DNA of 64,000 nucleotides from a virus: IMG/VR virus record IMGVR_UViG_3300026078_000023, positions 1 to 64,000 of that record; one strand, 5' to 3'. Shown piece by piece: positions 1 to 8,355 of this stretch (position 1 is its first letter; each line of letters starts with the position of its first letter). The notes under the pieces were generated by a model. It saw only the letters and a program-made list of their open reading frames with translations, ran no database searches and was not told where the DNA came from. The position numbers and the translations under genes were made by a program.

Positions 1-26
1 CTCGGTGTAGCGCCGCGCGCAGCAAG

Positions 27-188
27 CTACCCGGCGAGCTGGCGCCAGGCCCAGCGCAGGAGGCGCGCCAGCCAGCCGGCGCGGGGCGGGGGCGCGAGCT
101 CGGCCGGGTCCACCACCTGGAGGTGCTCCTCGCCGCCCGACCACCCGGCGGTGGACGCGCGGAGCGGGACCTCCACCGGGTCGCTCAC
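27..188 (-). CDS. small hypothetical protein
   Basis: GTG at 188 overlaps the TGA of the upstream gene; VSDPVEVPLR...WAWRQLAG. Confidence 0.5.
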   Translation of the reverse strand: MSDPVEVPLRASTAGWSGGEEHLQVVDPAELAPPPRAGWLARLLRWAWRQLAG

Positions 189-646
189 GGGCGTGCGAGC
201 GCGATCCGGCGCTCGGCCTTGGCCACGCCGCGCGCCTGCAGCCGGCGGGCGAGCGCCTCCTTGCGCAGGTGCTCCTCCAGCGCGCCCGGGCCGGAGAACC
301 CTCCGGTCAGGTCGCCGGGGGTGAAGGCCATGCGCCACTTGCGGCTGCGCCACTGGCCCTCGACCGCGGGCGCCGCCTCGCCGGGGAGCACGACCATCGA
401 CGTCCCGGACAGCGCCGCCTGGCGCGCCACCACGACCGGCGGGTACCAGCGGAACCCGTGGCGCTCGAGGACCTGGGCGAAGCCGCCGACGTCCTTGCCG
501 TCCGCCGCCTGGCGCTCCTGGTCGGCGCGCTCCCTCGGGTCGAACTTCGGCCTCATGGGGCGCTGGCCGACGTCCAGGTTGTCGCGGATGCGCGCGAGGC
601 CCTCGCGCAGGCGGGCCGGGTCGAACTTGTGGAAGATCTTCGCCAT
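185..646 (-). CDS. hypothetical protein
   Basis: Internal ATG (MAKIFHKFDP...) of ORF 185..1102, 2 nt after the upstream stop; GC3-rich codons. Confidence 0.65.
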   Translation of the reverse strand: MAKIFHKFDPARLREGLARIRDNLDVGQRPMRPKFDPRERADQERQAADGKDVGGFAQVLERHGFRWYPPVVVARQAALSGTSMVVLPGEAAPAVEGQWRSRKWRMAFTPGDLTGGFSGPGALEEHLRKEALARRLQARGVAKAERRIALARP

Positions 647-648
647 GG

Positions 649-1008
649 TCAGACCTGCTCCAGGAGGCCGAGCACGCCGCGCGGCTGGCCCAGGCGCTTC
701 AGCTCCTCGTGGGCGCGGTCGATGAGGCGGACCTGGGTCCTGGCCTTCCGCAGGCACTCCTCCCACGCCTGGGCCTCCGTGCGCCGGTCGGCGAAGCTGC
801 CGCCGGCGACGACCGTCAGCACCGCCTCGCGCAGCTGGTCGACCGTCATCGGCTCGATCACCGCGGCGCCGCCCGACAGGTCGACCGAGAGCCCCAGCTC
901 GGGCGCCGGCTGGCGGCGGGCGCCGAGGTCGCCGCGGAGCCGGCGCCGCCGCTCGGACAGCTCGTCGGCCAGGGCGGCGAGGGCCGCCGTCTCGGTGGAC
1001 CGGCTCAC
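649..1008 (-). CDS. hypothetical protein
   Basis: 119 aa, coupled to neighbours. Confidence 0.65.
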   Translation of the reverse strand: MSRSTETAALAALADELSERRRRLRGDLGARRQPAPELGLSVDLSGGAAVIEPMTVDQLREAVLTVVAGGSFADRRTEAQAWEECLRKARTQVRLIDRAHEELKRLGQPRGVLGLLEQV

Positions 1009-1121
1009 TTCTTCGGGCCCTTGACCGGCTTCGTCGCCTCGGGCTGGGGGGCCGGCTGGGGCGGCGGCGCCAGCGGTTGGATCGCGCCGGTGTTCGGGTC
1101 AACGGGCACCTGGCCGCTCAT
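1005..1121 (-). CDS. 38-aa Pro-rich hypothetical protein (not in ORF track)
   Basis: MSGQVPVDPNTGAIQPLAPPPQPAPQPEATKPVKGPKK; ATGA and GTGA overlaps at both ends. Confidence 0.55.
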   Translation of the reverse strand: MSGQVPVDPNTGAIQPLAPPPQPAPQPEATKPVKGPKK

Positions 1122-1453
1122 CGGTAGCGCACCTTCGAGAGGTCCTGCCTGTGGGACGGCTGCATGGCCGCCTGCCGGGCGCGCAGCTCCGGGTCGGACA
1201 TGACCCCGGGGGGCATCACGAACATGAACCGCCAGCCGGGCGCCTCGGCCTTGGCCTTCTCCACGTCGTCGTGCAGCTGGGCGCCGAGCGGTCCGTCGGC
1301 CTCCACCGGAACCCGGCGGAACGCGTCCGAGGGCGCGTCGTGCGGGGCGACGTCGCTCTTGATGAGCACGACGTCGAAGCGCTCCGTGCGGGCAGGGTAC
1401 CTACCCTGCGGACTTGACTGGCTCGGGGATCCCAGGGGCGGCTGCTGCGACAT
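1118..1453 (-). CDS. hypothetical protein
   Basis: 111 aa; TTTACG-17-GATACT-7-ATG upstream. Confidence 0.6.
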   Translation of the reverse strand: MSQQPPLGSPSQSSPQGRYPARTERFDVVLIKSDVAPHDAPSDAFRRVPVEADGPLGAQLHDDVEKAKAEAPGWRFMFVMPPGVMSDPELRARQAAMQPSHRQDLSKVRYR

Positions 1454-1754
1454 GAGGAGCAGTATCCACCGAGAGCTTGACTTCGTAAACCTCGAGCTCG
1501 GCCTGGGGCTGCACGACGAGCAGCGTCGAGCTGTGCGGGTGGACCAGGTTGCCGAGCACCTGGGCCATCTGCTCCAGCTTCATCTGCGAGAGCTTGAGGC
1601 GGTCGGCGTGGCGGATGGCGAACACGAACGCGCGCCTGCCCGGCGCCACCTCGATCGAGTAGCGGCGCACCGGCGCGTCGAGCGGGAGCACGTCGTTCGG
1701 GACCTCCTCGAGGCGGAGCTGGCGTCCCGGTCTGCGTCGCCTGCGCTTCGCCAC
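1401..1754 (-). CDS. hypothetical protein
   Basis: 117 aa, normal codon usage. Confidence 0.55.
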   Translation of the reverse strand: MAKRRRRRPGRQLRLEEVPNDVLPLDAPVRRYSIEVAPGRRAFVFAIRHADRLKLSQMKLEQMAQVLGNLVHPHSSTLLVVQPQAELEVYEVKLSVDTAPHVAAAAPGIPEPVKSAG

Positions 1755-1755
1755 C

Positions 1756-2010
1756 TCAGCCGACTCCGATCGCTTCGGCCGTCAGCATCGCGCCGGCGAA
1801 CGCCAGGTCCGCCCGGTTGGTGTCTCCGAACGAGTCGATGATCGTCGACTGCTCCGCGTCCTCGGCGAGGCGGACGATGACGATCCCGCGCAACCCGCCC
1901 CCGGAAGCGACCTCGTTGATGAACGCGATCGCATCGTCGATGCTCCGGTTCGCCTTCCGGATCGCCCTCACGTCTCCGCGCTTGACTTCCGTCGGGGGGA
2001 CTTCGCTCAC
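1756..2010 (-). CDS. hypothetical protein
   Basis: 84 aa, normal codon usage. Confidence 0.6.
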   Translation of the reverse strand: MSEVPPTEVKRGDVRAIRKANRSIDDAIAFINEVASGGGLRGIVIVRLAEDAEQSTIIDSFGDTNRADLAFAGAMLTAEAIGVG

Positions 2011-2044
2011 CCCACTGAGAGAAACACGGCGGGTGGGGTCTCGT

Positions 2045-2194
2045 CTACCGGCGCTTGAAGTACTCGACCTGGCGCTCGTGGTTCTCGGCCGCGGCGCGCG
2101 ACGAGAACGTGCCCAGGTTCTTGTGCTTGCCGGTCCTCGGGTCGACCTTCTTCGACACGAGGCGGTACTTCCCCGATTTCAGTTTCTGGATCAT
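2045..2194 (-). CDS. 49-aa basic conserved small protein (not in ORF track)
   Basis: MIQKLKSGKYRLVSKKVDPRTGKHKNLGTFSSRAAAENHERQVEYFKRR; TAGGAT-6-ATG upstream; resembles a small bacterial family I recall (MIRKLKSG..RLYS..K.RNLGTF....AE.HER.VQ.FKR). Confidence 0.75.
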   Translation of the reverse strand: MIQKLKSGKYRLVSKKVDPRTGKHKNLGTFSSRAAAENHERQVEYFKRR

Positions 2195-2203
2195 GGCGCC
2201 ATC

Positions 2204-2986
2204 CTACCGGACGTTGTGGTCGCGCCGCGCCGACTTGCTCTGGGGCGGGCGGTAGAAGCGGTCGATCGCCGCCTTGGCGAACCACATGCTCATGAGGCCG
2301 TCCGAGGTGCTGTACTTCGGGTACAGGCGGATCTCCCGCTCGAGGACGCACCAGGCGCAGTCGTGACCCGTGCCGTGCCCCTCCCACTCGCCCGAGGCGA
2401 AGGCCCAGGCCCGGTTGGCGAACTCGACCTCGATGCCGGGGAGGCCGAACTGCGGGTCGGCCTTGTTGCGGCCGGTGGTGTGGGCCTCGATCTTGGGCCA
2501 CCACGGGAACGCCGACTTGCCCTTGCGGACCCACTCGATGAGCGACTCCTGGTAGGCGTTGTTCTCGACCATCACGTACTGCAGGTTCGCCACGGTCGCG
2601 CACACGTCGCTGAGGACCTCGGCCGTCTCCGGCGACGTCCAGTTGCCGTTGCGGGCGACCACCGGGACGCGCAGGCCGGTCAGCGGGTTCACGGCGACGG
2701 CCGTGATGAAGTTGCCCGGGCGGTTGGCGGAGCTGAGGTCGACCCCCACGTAGGTCGGCCAGGCCCGCCGGATGACGTCGGTCAGGACCAGGGCCGGCTG
2801 CCAGCACGCCTCGAAGCTGGGGAACTTGCGGTCGCCCGGCTTCATGACCTGCATGCGGAACCCCTGGTGCCACATGGCGGAGCCGCCGATCTCCCGCCCG
2901 CTGGCCTTCTTCTGCAGGACGTCGAGCGGGAACTTCTCCTCCCACCGGGGGAGCTCAGGGAGCTGGAGCTTGGAGACGGCGCGCAT
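2204..2986 (-). CDS. terL: terminase large subunit, stand-alone C-terminal RNase H-like nuclease half
   Basis: WEEKFPLDVL linker, YVGVDLS, VMVENNAYQESL, TTGRNK, YPKYSTSDGLMSMWFA; no Walker motifs. Confidence 0.8.
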   Translation of the reverse strand: MRAVSKLQLPELPRWEEKFPLDVLQKKASGREIGGSAMWHQGFRMQVMKPGDRKFPSFEACWQPALVLTDVIRRAWPTYVGVDLSSANRPGNFITAVAVNPLTGLRVPVVARNGNWTSPETAEVLSDVCATVANLQYVMVENNAYQESLIEWVRKGKSAFPWWPKIEAHTTGRNKADPQFGLPGIEVEFANRAWAFASGEWEGHGTGHDCAWCVLEREIRLYPKYSTSDGLMSMWFAKAAIDRFYRPPQSKSARRDHNVR

Positions 2987-3214
2987 CGGCTCACAGTCTA
3001 CCGAACACCAGCCACCGGTTCGGGTCGTCCTCCCGGACGGCCTCCCTGGCGCACGGGCCGCGCCACCAGTACCGGTTGCACGCGAGGCAGCAGGCGACCC
3101 AGCACGGCGAGGCGTGGAGGCACCCGGGCGGGCCGACCAGCGCGTCCATCGCGGCGCCGCACCGGCACCGGCGCTCGTCGGGGCCCAGGCGCTCCACGAC
3201 CGGGGATGGTAGCG

Positions 3215-3370
3215 CTACAGGCGCAGCACGCGCCCGGCGAGCTGCCACAGCGTGACGAGCAGGCCGCAGGCGTAAGCGATCCGCCCGAGCTCCTGCACCT
3301 TGCCGTTCGACGCCAGCGCGTACACGAGGACGCCCACCACGCACACGAGGACCGGGATGATGATCAGCAT
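3215..3370 (-). CDS. small two-TM membrane protein
   Basis: MLIIIPVLVCVVGVLVYALASNGKVQELGRIAYACGLLVTLWQL; two hydrophobic segments. Confidence 0.6.
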   Translation of the reverse strand: MLIIIPVLVCVVGVLVYALASNGKVQELGRIAYACGLLVTLWQLAGRVLRL

Positions 3371-3446
3371 CCGGGCAGCATGGGGCCGCTGAACACCTTT
3401 AGCCAGCTGCGGATCTGGCCCCGATTTCTTTAATTTAGGTACCCGT

Positions 3447-3653
3447 TCAATCCAGGACCCATTCCCAGTGCTCGTCACAGTAGGCGTCGTTCCACACCGC
3501 GCACCACCCGAGCTCGCACAGGTTGACGGCGACTTCGTCCGGGATCGGCGCGCGCACGCGCACCCGGATCCATTCGCTCTGGCACACGACGTCACCGTCT
3601 GTCGAGAACTGACGAAGCGCCTGCAAGCCACCGAGCAACGCAGATATCGTCAC
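3447..3653 (-). CDS. hypothetical protein
   Basis: 68 aa, GTGA-coupled, lower GC. Confidence 0.5.
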   Translation of the reverse strand: MTISALLGGLQALRQFSTDGDVVCQSEWIRVRVRAPIPDEVAVNLCELGWCAVWNDAYCDEHWEWVLD

Positions 3654-4057
3654 TGGCCGACGTCCCCGGACGCGCGCCGCCGCGCCATGGCCTCGAGGCC
3701 CTGCTGCACCTGCAGCGCCTCGGCCTTGAGCATGGCCCTGCCGGCGACCGACGGGTCGGGGGTGAACCAGTCCGGGAAGGGCGCCACGGCGACCTCAAGG
3801 CACACCTCGCCGACCTTCACCGCGCCGGCGGCGTCGCCGCTGCGGACGGCCGCCAGGGCAGCGCACCACGGGCAGTGGGCGTCCGCGACGATGACCGCGC
3901 ACGCGAACTCCCCGGTGCTCATGTCGACGACTGAGCACCAGCAGTGGCTGCGCTCGGCCGCCGCCTGGTGCTCCGGGGTGACGAGCTCGGCCGTCAGCTC
4001 CCGGACGTGGTCCTCGCCGCGGTGCAGGTGCAGGAACCGGCGCTCTTTCACGGGCAC
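3650..4057 (-). CDS. hypothetical protein with CxC and CxxC motifs
   Basis: HCWC...HCPWC. Confidence 0.55.
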   Translation of the reverse strand: MPVKERRFLHLHRGEDHVRELTAELVTPEHQAAAERSHCWCSVVDMSTGEFACAVIVADAHCPWCAALAAVRSGDAAGAVKVGEVCLEVAVAPFPDWFTPDPSVAGRAMLKAEALQVQQGLEAMARRRASGDVGQ

Positions 4058-4401
4058 GGGATCTCCTGCCCCTGGTCCCCGAAGCAGTGGCTGACCGCCG
4101 CCGCCCCGCCGGCACCACCCCTGGCGCCGCCGTTCGCGCTGGGCGGGGCGTTCTCGCCGGCCTGGCCCGACGCCCCGCCCCCGCCGTCAGCGCCCGCCGT
4201 GGCCCCTCCTGCTTCGCCGTCCCCGGCGCCCCGGACCCTGGCCAGGGGTTCGCCCCCGCCCTCGCCGCCGAACCCGCCGCCGAACGGAGCCGCGTCCGCG
4301 CCGCACCCCGCCAGGGCCAGGCCGACGATGAGGGCCGCCACCAGCAGGGCGGCGACCTTCCAGGCCCAGTCCACCCAGCCGGTCATTTCGTTTCTCGCCA
4401 T
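4048..4401 (-). CDS. Gly-rich putative lipoprotein
   Basis: Hydrophobic stretch ending LALAGC (lipobox); GGAGG RBS. Confidence 0.6.
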   Translation of the reverse strand: MARNEMTGWVDWAWKVAALLVAALIVGLALAGCGADAAPFGGGFGGEGGGEPLARVRGAGDGEAGGATAGADGGGGASGQAGENAPPSANGGARGGAGGAAAVSHCFGDQGQEIPCP

Positions 4402-4420
4402 GGTCAGTTACCTCCCGCCC

Positions 4421-4434
4421 GGTATGTTGGCCGG
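4421..4434 (-). promoter_or_regulatory. CCGGCCAACA motif, copy 1
   Basis: Minus strand CCCGGCCAACATACCGGGC followed by GGAGG RBS and ATG at 4401. Confidence 0.65.
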
Positions 4435-4588
4435 GGGCGCCCGTTCAGTTCCAGGTTCGCGCGCCGGCGGGCCGCCCACCACCACTCCATGTGCCGCGAG
4501 AAGTCGCGGTAGTCGTCCGTCCGGTGCCACCGCCGCCACCTCCGCCGGGCGACCTGGAGCCGCTGTCCGACGCGCTCGGTGCGCCCGC

Positions 4589-5293
4589 TCACCAGCTCCC
4601 CATCTCCGCGACCGCGCGGAGGACGGCGCCCGTCTTCCCGAGGTCGAGGGCGTCGCCCTCGCGGACCCCGGTCTCCATGTCCAGCCAGTACGGGCGCCCG
4701 TCCGACGCCGCCGACGCGTGCCGGACCGCGTCCTGGATGTTGTCGGGGCCGATGCCGCCGGCGTACCCGGCCGGGACGTCCGCGCCGGCGACGCGCATCG
4801 GGTGCGGCCACCTCGCCGGGGTGATGCCGCGCCCGCCGCTGGCGTCGAACAAGGTCGCCGCGTCCACGCCGGCGCCGAGCATGAACGCGGCCTCGAGCGA
4901 CTCCAGCTCGCGCACCTGCACGATGATCCGGCGCTGCGCCTCGGACAGCATCGCGCACCCGGCGCGCGTGACCGGCTCGTTCGTGTTCAGCTGCACGCGG
5001 TCTGCCATCTCGTACGTCCTGCCGAACGCGCGCAGCGTGAGCTCGCCGCGCACCGCCTGCTGCGCCCACTCTCCGCAGACGTGCACGGAGACGCGCACGT
5101 CCGTGAACTGCTGCTTCGCCCTCGCGAGCGCCATCCGCCACGGCGCTGACGGGAAGCGCGGCTGCCCCTCCCTGGTCCGCGACACGAGGACGCCCCATTC
5201 GAGGAACGGGTGCGCGATCGACAGGCCGACCATCTCCCTGACGCTCGTCCGGTCGTCCGCGCCGGTGATCGTCACCGTGTGCGGCACCGTCAC
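4589..5293 (-). CDS. TrpF (phosphoribosylanthranilate isomerase)-like TIM-barrel protein, phage type
   Basis: VTITGADD, EWGVL, RVQLN, LFDASGGRG, GYAGGIGPDNI, WLDMETGVR; GTG start at 5293. Confidence 0.7.
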   Translation of the reverse strand: MTVPHTVTITGADDRTSVREMVGLSIAHPFLEWGVLVSRTREGQPRFPSAPWRMALARAKQQFTDVRVSVHVCGEWAQQAVRGELTLRAFGRTYEMADRVQLNTNEPVTRAGCAMLSEAQRRIIVQVRELESLEAAFMLGAGVDAATLFDASGGRGITPARWPHPMRVAGADVPAGYAGGIGPDNIQDAVRHASAASDGRPYWLDMETGVREGDALDLGKTGAVLRAVAEMGSW

Positions 5294-5538
5294 GGCGACG
5301 CCCCGCAGTCGTCGGCGCACTCGACCTGGCGCGGCCCGGCCGTGCCGACGACCGTCAGCGCGCAGCCGTCCGGCACCGCGCTCGCCGGCGCCGTGGACAG
5401 GAGCGCACACCTGGCGCGCCCGTCCGCGCACAGGGCGACGAACCGCACCTCGCGCAGGGTGTCGCACGCCGGCAGGTCACCCTGCTGTCCGCCGCACCCG
5501 AACGCGAGCAGCACCAGGAGCGCGAGCGCCCGCGTCAC
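5290..5538 (-). CDS. Cys-rich putative lipoprotein
   Basis: MTRALALLVLLAFGC lipobox; several Cys. Confidence 0.6.
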   Translation of the reverse strand: MTRALALLVLLAFGCGGQQGDLPACDTLREVRFVALCADGRARCALLSTAPASAVPDGCALTVVGTAGPRQVECADDCGASP

Positions 5539-5903
5539 CGGGACACCGTGGTTGCTCGTCGCCGCCTGTCCTCACACAGGACGCATATGCAATCGTCGCG
5601 GTGAGGCGCGACGAGCTCGGCAGCGCGCGCCTGGGAGGACATCCAGCCGTCGCCGCCCGCATCCGCCTGGGCGCTCGCCCTGGCGTCTTCGTCGTCCATC
5701 TCCAGCTTGCGCTGCAGCGACCAGACGGCCTCCTCGATGTCCTGCCGCGCGCTCTTGCCGCCGAGCCTCTTGCCCGTCACCAGCAGTTTCTTCACGGCGT
5801 GGGCGACGCACGGGTCGGTGACCTCGAAGGCGCGCAGGACGCGGTACACGTCGACCGTGCTGGTCGGCACGCGCTTGTGGTACACGCTCGACTTGACGCT
5901 CAC
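5535..5903 (-). CDS. conserved phage protein (DUF3310-like)
   Basis: VDVYRVLRAFEVTDPCVAHAVKKLLVTGKR..K...QDIEEAVWSLQR. Confidence 0.6.
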   Translation of the reverse strand: MSVKSSVYHKRVPTSTVDVYRVLRAFEVTDPCVAHAVKKLLVTGKRLGGKSARQDIEEAVWSLQRKLEMDDEDARASAQADAGGDGWMSSQARAAELVAPHRDDCICVLCEDRRRRATTVSR

Positions 5904-6802
5904 GGCTCATCTCCTAGCGGCGGCTGCTTCGCGTCCCTGGCGATCTCGCGGATCTCGATCAGCTCCTGGGTCAGGTAGCGCGTCGCCTCCCCCGTCTTGT
6001 CGACGAACGGCATCTTCACGGCCACGTGCGCCCGCTCCGCGATGCGCTCGAGCACCGTGGAGATGCCAGCGCCGAGGCCCGGGATCGTCGCCTGCCGGCG
6101 CTCCAGCTCGGCGACCCAGGCCTCCGAGCGCACCAGGCGCTCGTAGGCGTCGGCCAGCATGCCGTCCGGGTCGACCAGTTCTTCGAGGCTCTTTCCCTCG
6201 CGAAAGACGACTGCGGACTCATCCGCCGTCATCTTGATCTCGCGGAGCGTACTGACGTGGACGGTGGCGCCGACGCTCAGCGCTGCGCCGGCCATCCGCC
6301 CGATCTTCTCGAACGTCGCCGAGACGACGCTCGACGACTGCACCAGGTCGAAGGCCTGCTTCACGACGGCCATGTTCTTCTGGTTGCCCTCCTGGTAGAC
6401 GCCGATCCGCAGGTTCGCCAGGGCCAGCTCCTGCTCGGTCTCGGCGAGCTTCACCTCGGCGTGCGTCAGCCGCTCGAGCGCGTCGGCGAGCATCCCGTCA
6501 TCGTCGCGGACGTTTCGCAGGTTTCGCCTGATATAGCTGGCGTCGAACACCAACGCCTCGGGCGCCGCCCCCAGGAGCTCGCCGATGGCCTGCTGCTGCC
6601 CCCGGTGGTCCGCGACGAAGTCGTCGTCCGACGCGTAGCTACCGCTGGGGTCCAGGCGCTCGAGGAGCTTGCTCCTGCGGCCCCTGTGGCCGGCGCTCTC
6701 GGCGGCGACACCGGCCAGTTCCTGGACGGCCATCGCGACGTCCCTGACGTACCACAGGACAGACGCCAGCTTCCCCTTCGGCTTGTCTCTAACTTGTTCC
6801 AT
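5900..6802 (-). CDS. coiled-coil hypothetical protein with an internal repeat
   Basis: 300 aa; DGMLADA(L/Y)ERL occurs twice. Confidence 0.65.
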   Translation of the reverse strand: MEQVRDKPKGKLASVLWYVRDVAMAVQELAGVAAESAGHRGRRSKLLERLDPSGSYASDDDFVADHRGQQQAIGELLGAAPEALVFDASYIRRNLRNVRDDDGMLADALERLTHAEVKLAETEQELALANLRIGVYQEGNQKNMAVVKQAFDLVQSSSVVSATFEKIGRMAGAALSVGATVHVSTLREIKMTADESAVVFREGKSLEELVDPDGMLADAYERLVRSEAWVAELERRQATIPGLGAGISTVLERIAERAHVAVKMPFVDKTGEATRYLTQELIEIREIARDAKQPPLGDEP

Positions 6803-6820
6803 GACCGGTGTGTTGGCCGG
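6803..6820 (-). promoter_or_regulatory. CCGGCCAACA motif, copy 2 (leaderless)
   Basis: CCGGCCAACA-CACCGGTC-ATG(6802). Confidence 0.7.
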
Positions 6821-6868
6821 CGCCTCGGGCGTCGGCGTCCGGGGCGCACCAGGGGAGCCGGGCGGGGC

Positions 6869-7063
6869 TCAGCGCGGGGCGAGCGCCAGGACCGCGCCGA
6901 CGACGGCCGCGAGCCCCATTGCGGCGGCCGCCAGCGCCACCAGGAGGTCGGCGCGGGCGCGCCGGCGGGCGGCGCACTCGCGCTCCTTGCGCTCCGACCA
7001 GGAGCCGCGCCTGGCGCGCCGGCGGCTCCGCATCTTCCGGGGCCACGTCACCGGGGTGGTCAC
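6869..7063 (-). CDS. small basic protein with a C-terminal TM helix
   Basis: GTG overlaps the upstream TGA; LLVALAAAAMGLAAVVGAVLAL. Confidence 0.45.
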   Translation of the reverse strand: MTTPVTWPRKMRSRRRARRGSWSERKERECAARRRARADLLVALAAAAMGLAAVVGAVLALAPR

Positions 7064-8355
7064 GGCCTCCACCCCAGGAAGACGCCCTGCAGGCGCCTCT
7101 CGACCTCGCCCCAGTGCGCGCACCGCAGCTGGGCGGCGAGCCCCAGGTGCTTGCCCCCGAGGCCGTGGTCGGCGACGTAGGCGTGCTCGCGGCAGTCCAG
7201 GACCAGGACCGGCCAGACCGGCGGGAGGAGGTCGTCGTCGAGCGCCAGGGTCACCAGGCGCGGGGCGCCGCCGTCGCTGTCCACGGCCGCCACCGCCCAC
7301 GCCTGCGCGGCGAGTGCCGCTTGGCGGAGCTCCGCCAGCCACGCGGCCAGGCCCCCGCGGGCCTCGGTCGCCAGCTGGGTGACCGCCAGCCCAGGGACCT
7401 GGCCCGGCGGGGCCAGGTTGGCGAAGTGCAGGCCGTGCAGGCGGGCGGCGCCGAGCGCGGCCGGAAGCCGGCGGGCGGCGGCCAGGCGGGCGGCCGAGCC
7501 GGTGCGCTCGCCGAGGTAGTCGGAGACCGTCTCCGCGATCTGCTGGTACGGCTCGCGCCGGCCGGGGGCGGTCACCCTCTGGGGGCCGTAGAAGGCGCCG
7601 CGGTCCACCACCAGGCGGGCGACCAGCTCCAGCTTGCGCTGGGCGCCGGGCCCCTGGGTGGCCGGGTCCTCGCCTGAGAGCCAGAAGGCGAACGTCTCGG
7701 CCCAGTCCTCGTCGGCGTGCTTCTGCGCGTAGTGGGCCAGCTGGTTCGGGCCCGGGCGCCCCAGGTAGGTGACGAAGTCGGGGGCGGCGCCGGCGTCCGG
7801 CTCGTAGGCGTCGCGGTAGGGGGCGGAGAAGTCACCGAAGGCCTCGCGCCACCCGGGGAGCGCCCAGCCCTCGTAGGCGTAGAGCAGGGCGTGGCCGTAC
7901 TCGTGGCGCAGGACGCGCAGGACCTCCTCCTCCGTGAGGAGGTAGCGGCGCTCGGCGACCAGGGCCCAGGTCTCGGCGGACCCCAGGTACCAGGGGAGGT
8001 TGACGCTGGTGGCGCGGTCGGCGGTCCAGAAGTCGTCCGAACCCAGGTAGAAGCCGGGCCAGAACGTGAGGCCGCGGGAGGTGGTCTCGCCGCGCAGGCG
8101 GGCGAGGACGGCGGCCAGGCGCCCGCGCTCGAGGGAGAGCGGCAGGTCGCAGATGCGGGCGTCGAGGGTGCGGCGCAGGTCGCCGGGGGCGAGCGCCATG
8201 GCGGCGGCCGGGGGGGCGCCGGCGTCGACGGCCAGCTGCTGCTGGAGCGCCCCCAGCTCGCCGAGGCCGGCGGCGTGGAGCGCCAGGTGCTGGTCGAGGG
8301 CGCGGTCGGTGAACCCGGGGAGGCGGCCGCGCAGCGCGCTGGGGTCGAAGTTCAT
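7060..8355 (-). CDS. Fe/Mn superoxide dismutase-like protein with an inserted HExxH zinc-metallopeptidase (Peptidase_Mx-like) domain
   Basis: SOD-like N-term LPGFTDRALDQHLALH; central RVLRHEYGHA...YAQKHADEDWAETFAFWL; SOD C-term LHGLHFANL, PVLVLDCREHAY, HWGEVERRL; ATGA overlap with queE. Confidence 0.75.
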   Translation of the reverse strand: MNFDPSALRGRLPGFTDRALDQHLALHAAGLGELGALQQQLAVDAGAPPAAAMALAPGDLRRTLDARICDLPLSLERGRLAAVLARLRGETTSRGLTFWPGFYLGSDDFWTADRATSVNLPWYLGSAETWALVAERRYLLTEEEVLRVLRHEYGHALLYAYEGWALPGWREAFGDFSAPYRDAYEPDAGAAPDFVTYLGRPGPNQLAHYAQKHADEDWAETFAFWLSGEDPATQGPGAQRKLELVARLVVDRGAFYGPQRVTAPGRREPYQQIAETVSDYLGERTGSAARLAAARRLPAALGAARLHGLHFANLAPPGQVPGLAVTQLATEARGGLAAWLAELRQAALAAQAWAVAAVDSDGGAPRLVTLALDDDLLPPVWPVLVLDCREHAYVADHGLGGKHLGLAAQLRCAHWGEVERRLQGVFLGWRP

